Positions 60,095 to 60,943 of a stretch of 60,943 bases of DNA are shown piece by piece. The position numbers were made by a program, and so were the translations under genes. Position 1 is the stretch's first letter; each line of letters begins with the position of its first letter. Origin of the DNA: Thelocarpon superellum (taxonomy: Eukaryota); contig JAPEUG010000064.1 in the NCBI GenBank assembly GCA_026025795.1, forward strand, positions 1 to 60,943, written 5' to 3'. A model generated the notes under the pieces. That model made no database searches. It was not told the DNA's origin and worked only from the letters and a program-made list of their open reading frames with translations.

Positions 60095-60943
60095 CTAGAC
60101 GGACGGGAAGCTAGAGTTTGTAGACTGCTGCGGTAGGGAACGGGGCTCTTGCAGTATCTCGACAGCCGATCCATTTAATGGTGTCGGCCGAGGCACTGGA
60201 AGAGGCAAAGCGGGTTGGTTCGGTAGTAGCCTATGACACACCAAAAGTGCCACGCATTAGTCTCTTTTTTTTCTTAGGAGACGAGGATATGGCAGATAGA
60301 TAGGGAGATGGACCCAAGGAGTCACAGATGCGCAGAGGGGAAGGCCGTAAAATAAAATAGGTAAAGGTAAAGGAAAAGAACTAACCACAACGTCTCAAAA
60401 GCCTTGTATCTCCTCAAATACCCGTCCCCCTTTCGGTAGGCCTTGAGGAATTCGGCAGGCGCTTTGACTCTGATTCGTGGTCTGGGCTTTGTTTTCGTTG
60501 CTGTTGCTCCTGTTCCAGTAGCAGCAGTAGCTGCTGTTGCTGCCGTTGCTGCCGTTGCTGCCGTTGCTGCCGTTGCTGCCGTTGCTGCCGTTGCTGCCGT
60601 TGCTGCCGTTGCTGCCGTTGCTGCCGTCGTCGTCGTCGTCGTCATCGACGACGAGGTCGAAGATGGTCGTTCCGCTGATACCGAGTCTGCATGTCCTCCC
60701 ATTGATGTGGAAGGACGGGACGACGAGCCAGTAGCTTTAAATAGAGACGAGGAGGACACGTGAGCATGAGAACGAGCATAAGAAGAAGAGCGAGAATTTG
60801 GAAGAGTATGCGAAGATGAGGATCTCGACGACGAAGAAGAACTCTTGTTCGTGACGTGGGGGATTAGTTTCCGTATGGCAGGCGACGGATGAAACGTCGG
60901 GTCGAAGACGAGCAGGTTCACGTGCGGATTATGCTTTCGTTGC
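60095..60943 (-). CDS. 3' part of a probable peptidase C78 (ZUP1/Mug105-like) protein, truncated by the window edge
   Basis: NLLVFDP and FLKAYRKGDGYLRRYKAFETL resemble the fungal C78 C-terminus; GTTAGT donor after AFETL; terminal exon inferred. Confidence 0.65.
60530..60628. repeat. 9-bp coding minisatellite (GCTGCCGTT)x~11 encoding (Thr-Ala-Ala)n on the minus strand
   Basis: Nine perfect units 60539-60619 plus imperfect flanks, next to a (GTC)n run. Confidence 0.95.

Overview
Gene-dense, GC-rich eukaryotic DNA from a filamentous ascomycete (Pezizomycotina-type proteins, short GT-AG introns with CTRAY branch sites). It holds about 26 protein-coding loci, mostly housekeeping: a Dig1-like conserved protein, RRP36, a NIF/FCP1 HAD protein, KAE1, a SETD6/Rkm4-like methyltransferase, EPL1, calcineurin B, an uncharacterised conserved protein, MRPS9, eEF1B-gamma, the SNF1 beta subunit, a small membrane protein, aspartate kinase, BUR1/CDK9, a tiny complex I AGGG subunit, a CMAS-family methyltransferase, a P5B ATPase, NAP1, 3-phosphoglycerate dehydrogenase, a bli-4-like SDR, myosin V, FAP7, HAM1, a CYP7/8-like P450, a disrupted Zn2Cys6-like gene and a partial C78 peptidase. 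One intronic box C/D snoRNA (snR38) is clear. I found no tRNA, rRNA, transposon or CRISPR array, and I cannot demonstrate a wholly new biological system. The best leads are the Dig1-like protein with MAPK-docking motifs, the conserved orphan gene behind a 4.6-kb gene-free region, a double palindrome at 34056-34111, the 8-bp tail-to-tail FAP7/HAM1 junction, and the Zn-cluster gene with a duplicated splice acceptor and one in-frame TGA. CDS coordinates are start-to-stop spans including introns, spliced by eye. Family calls come from motif recognition, not database searches.
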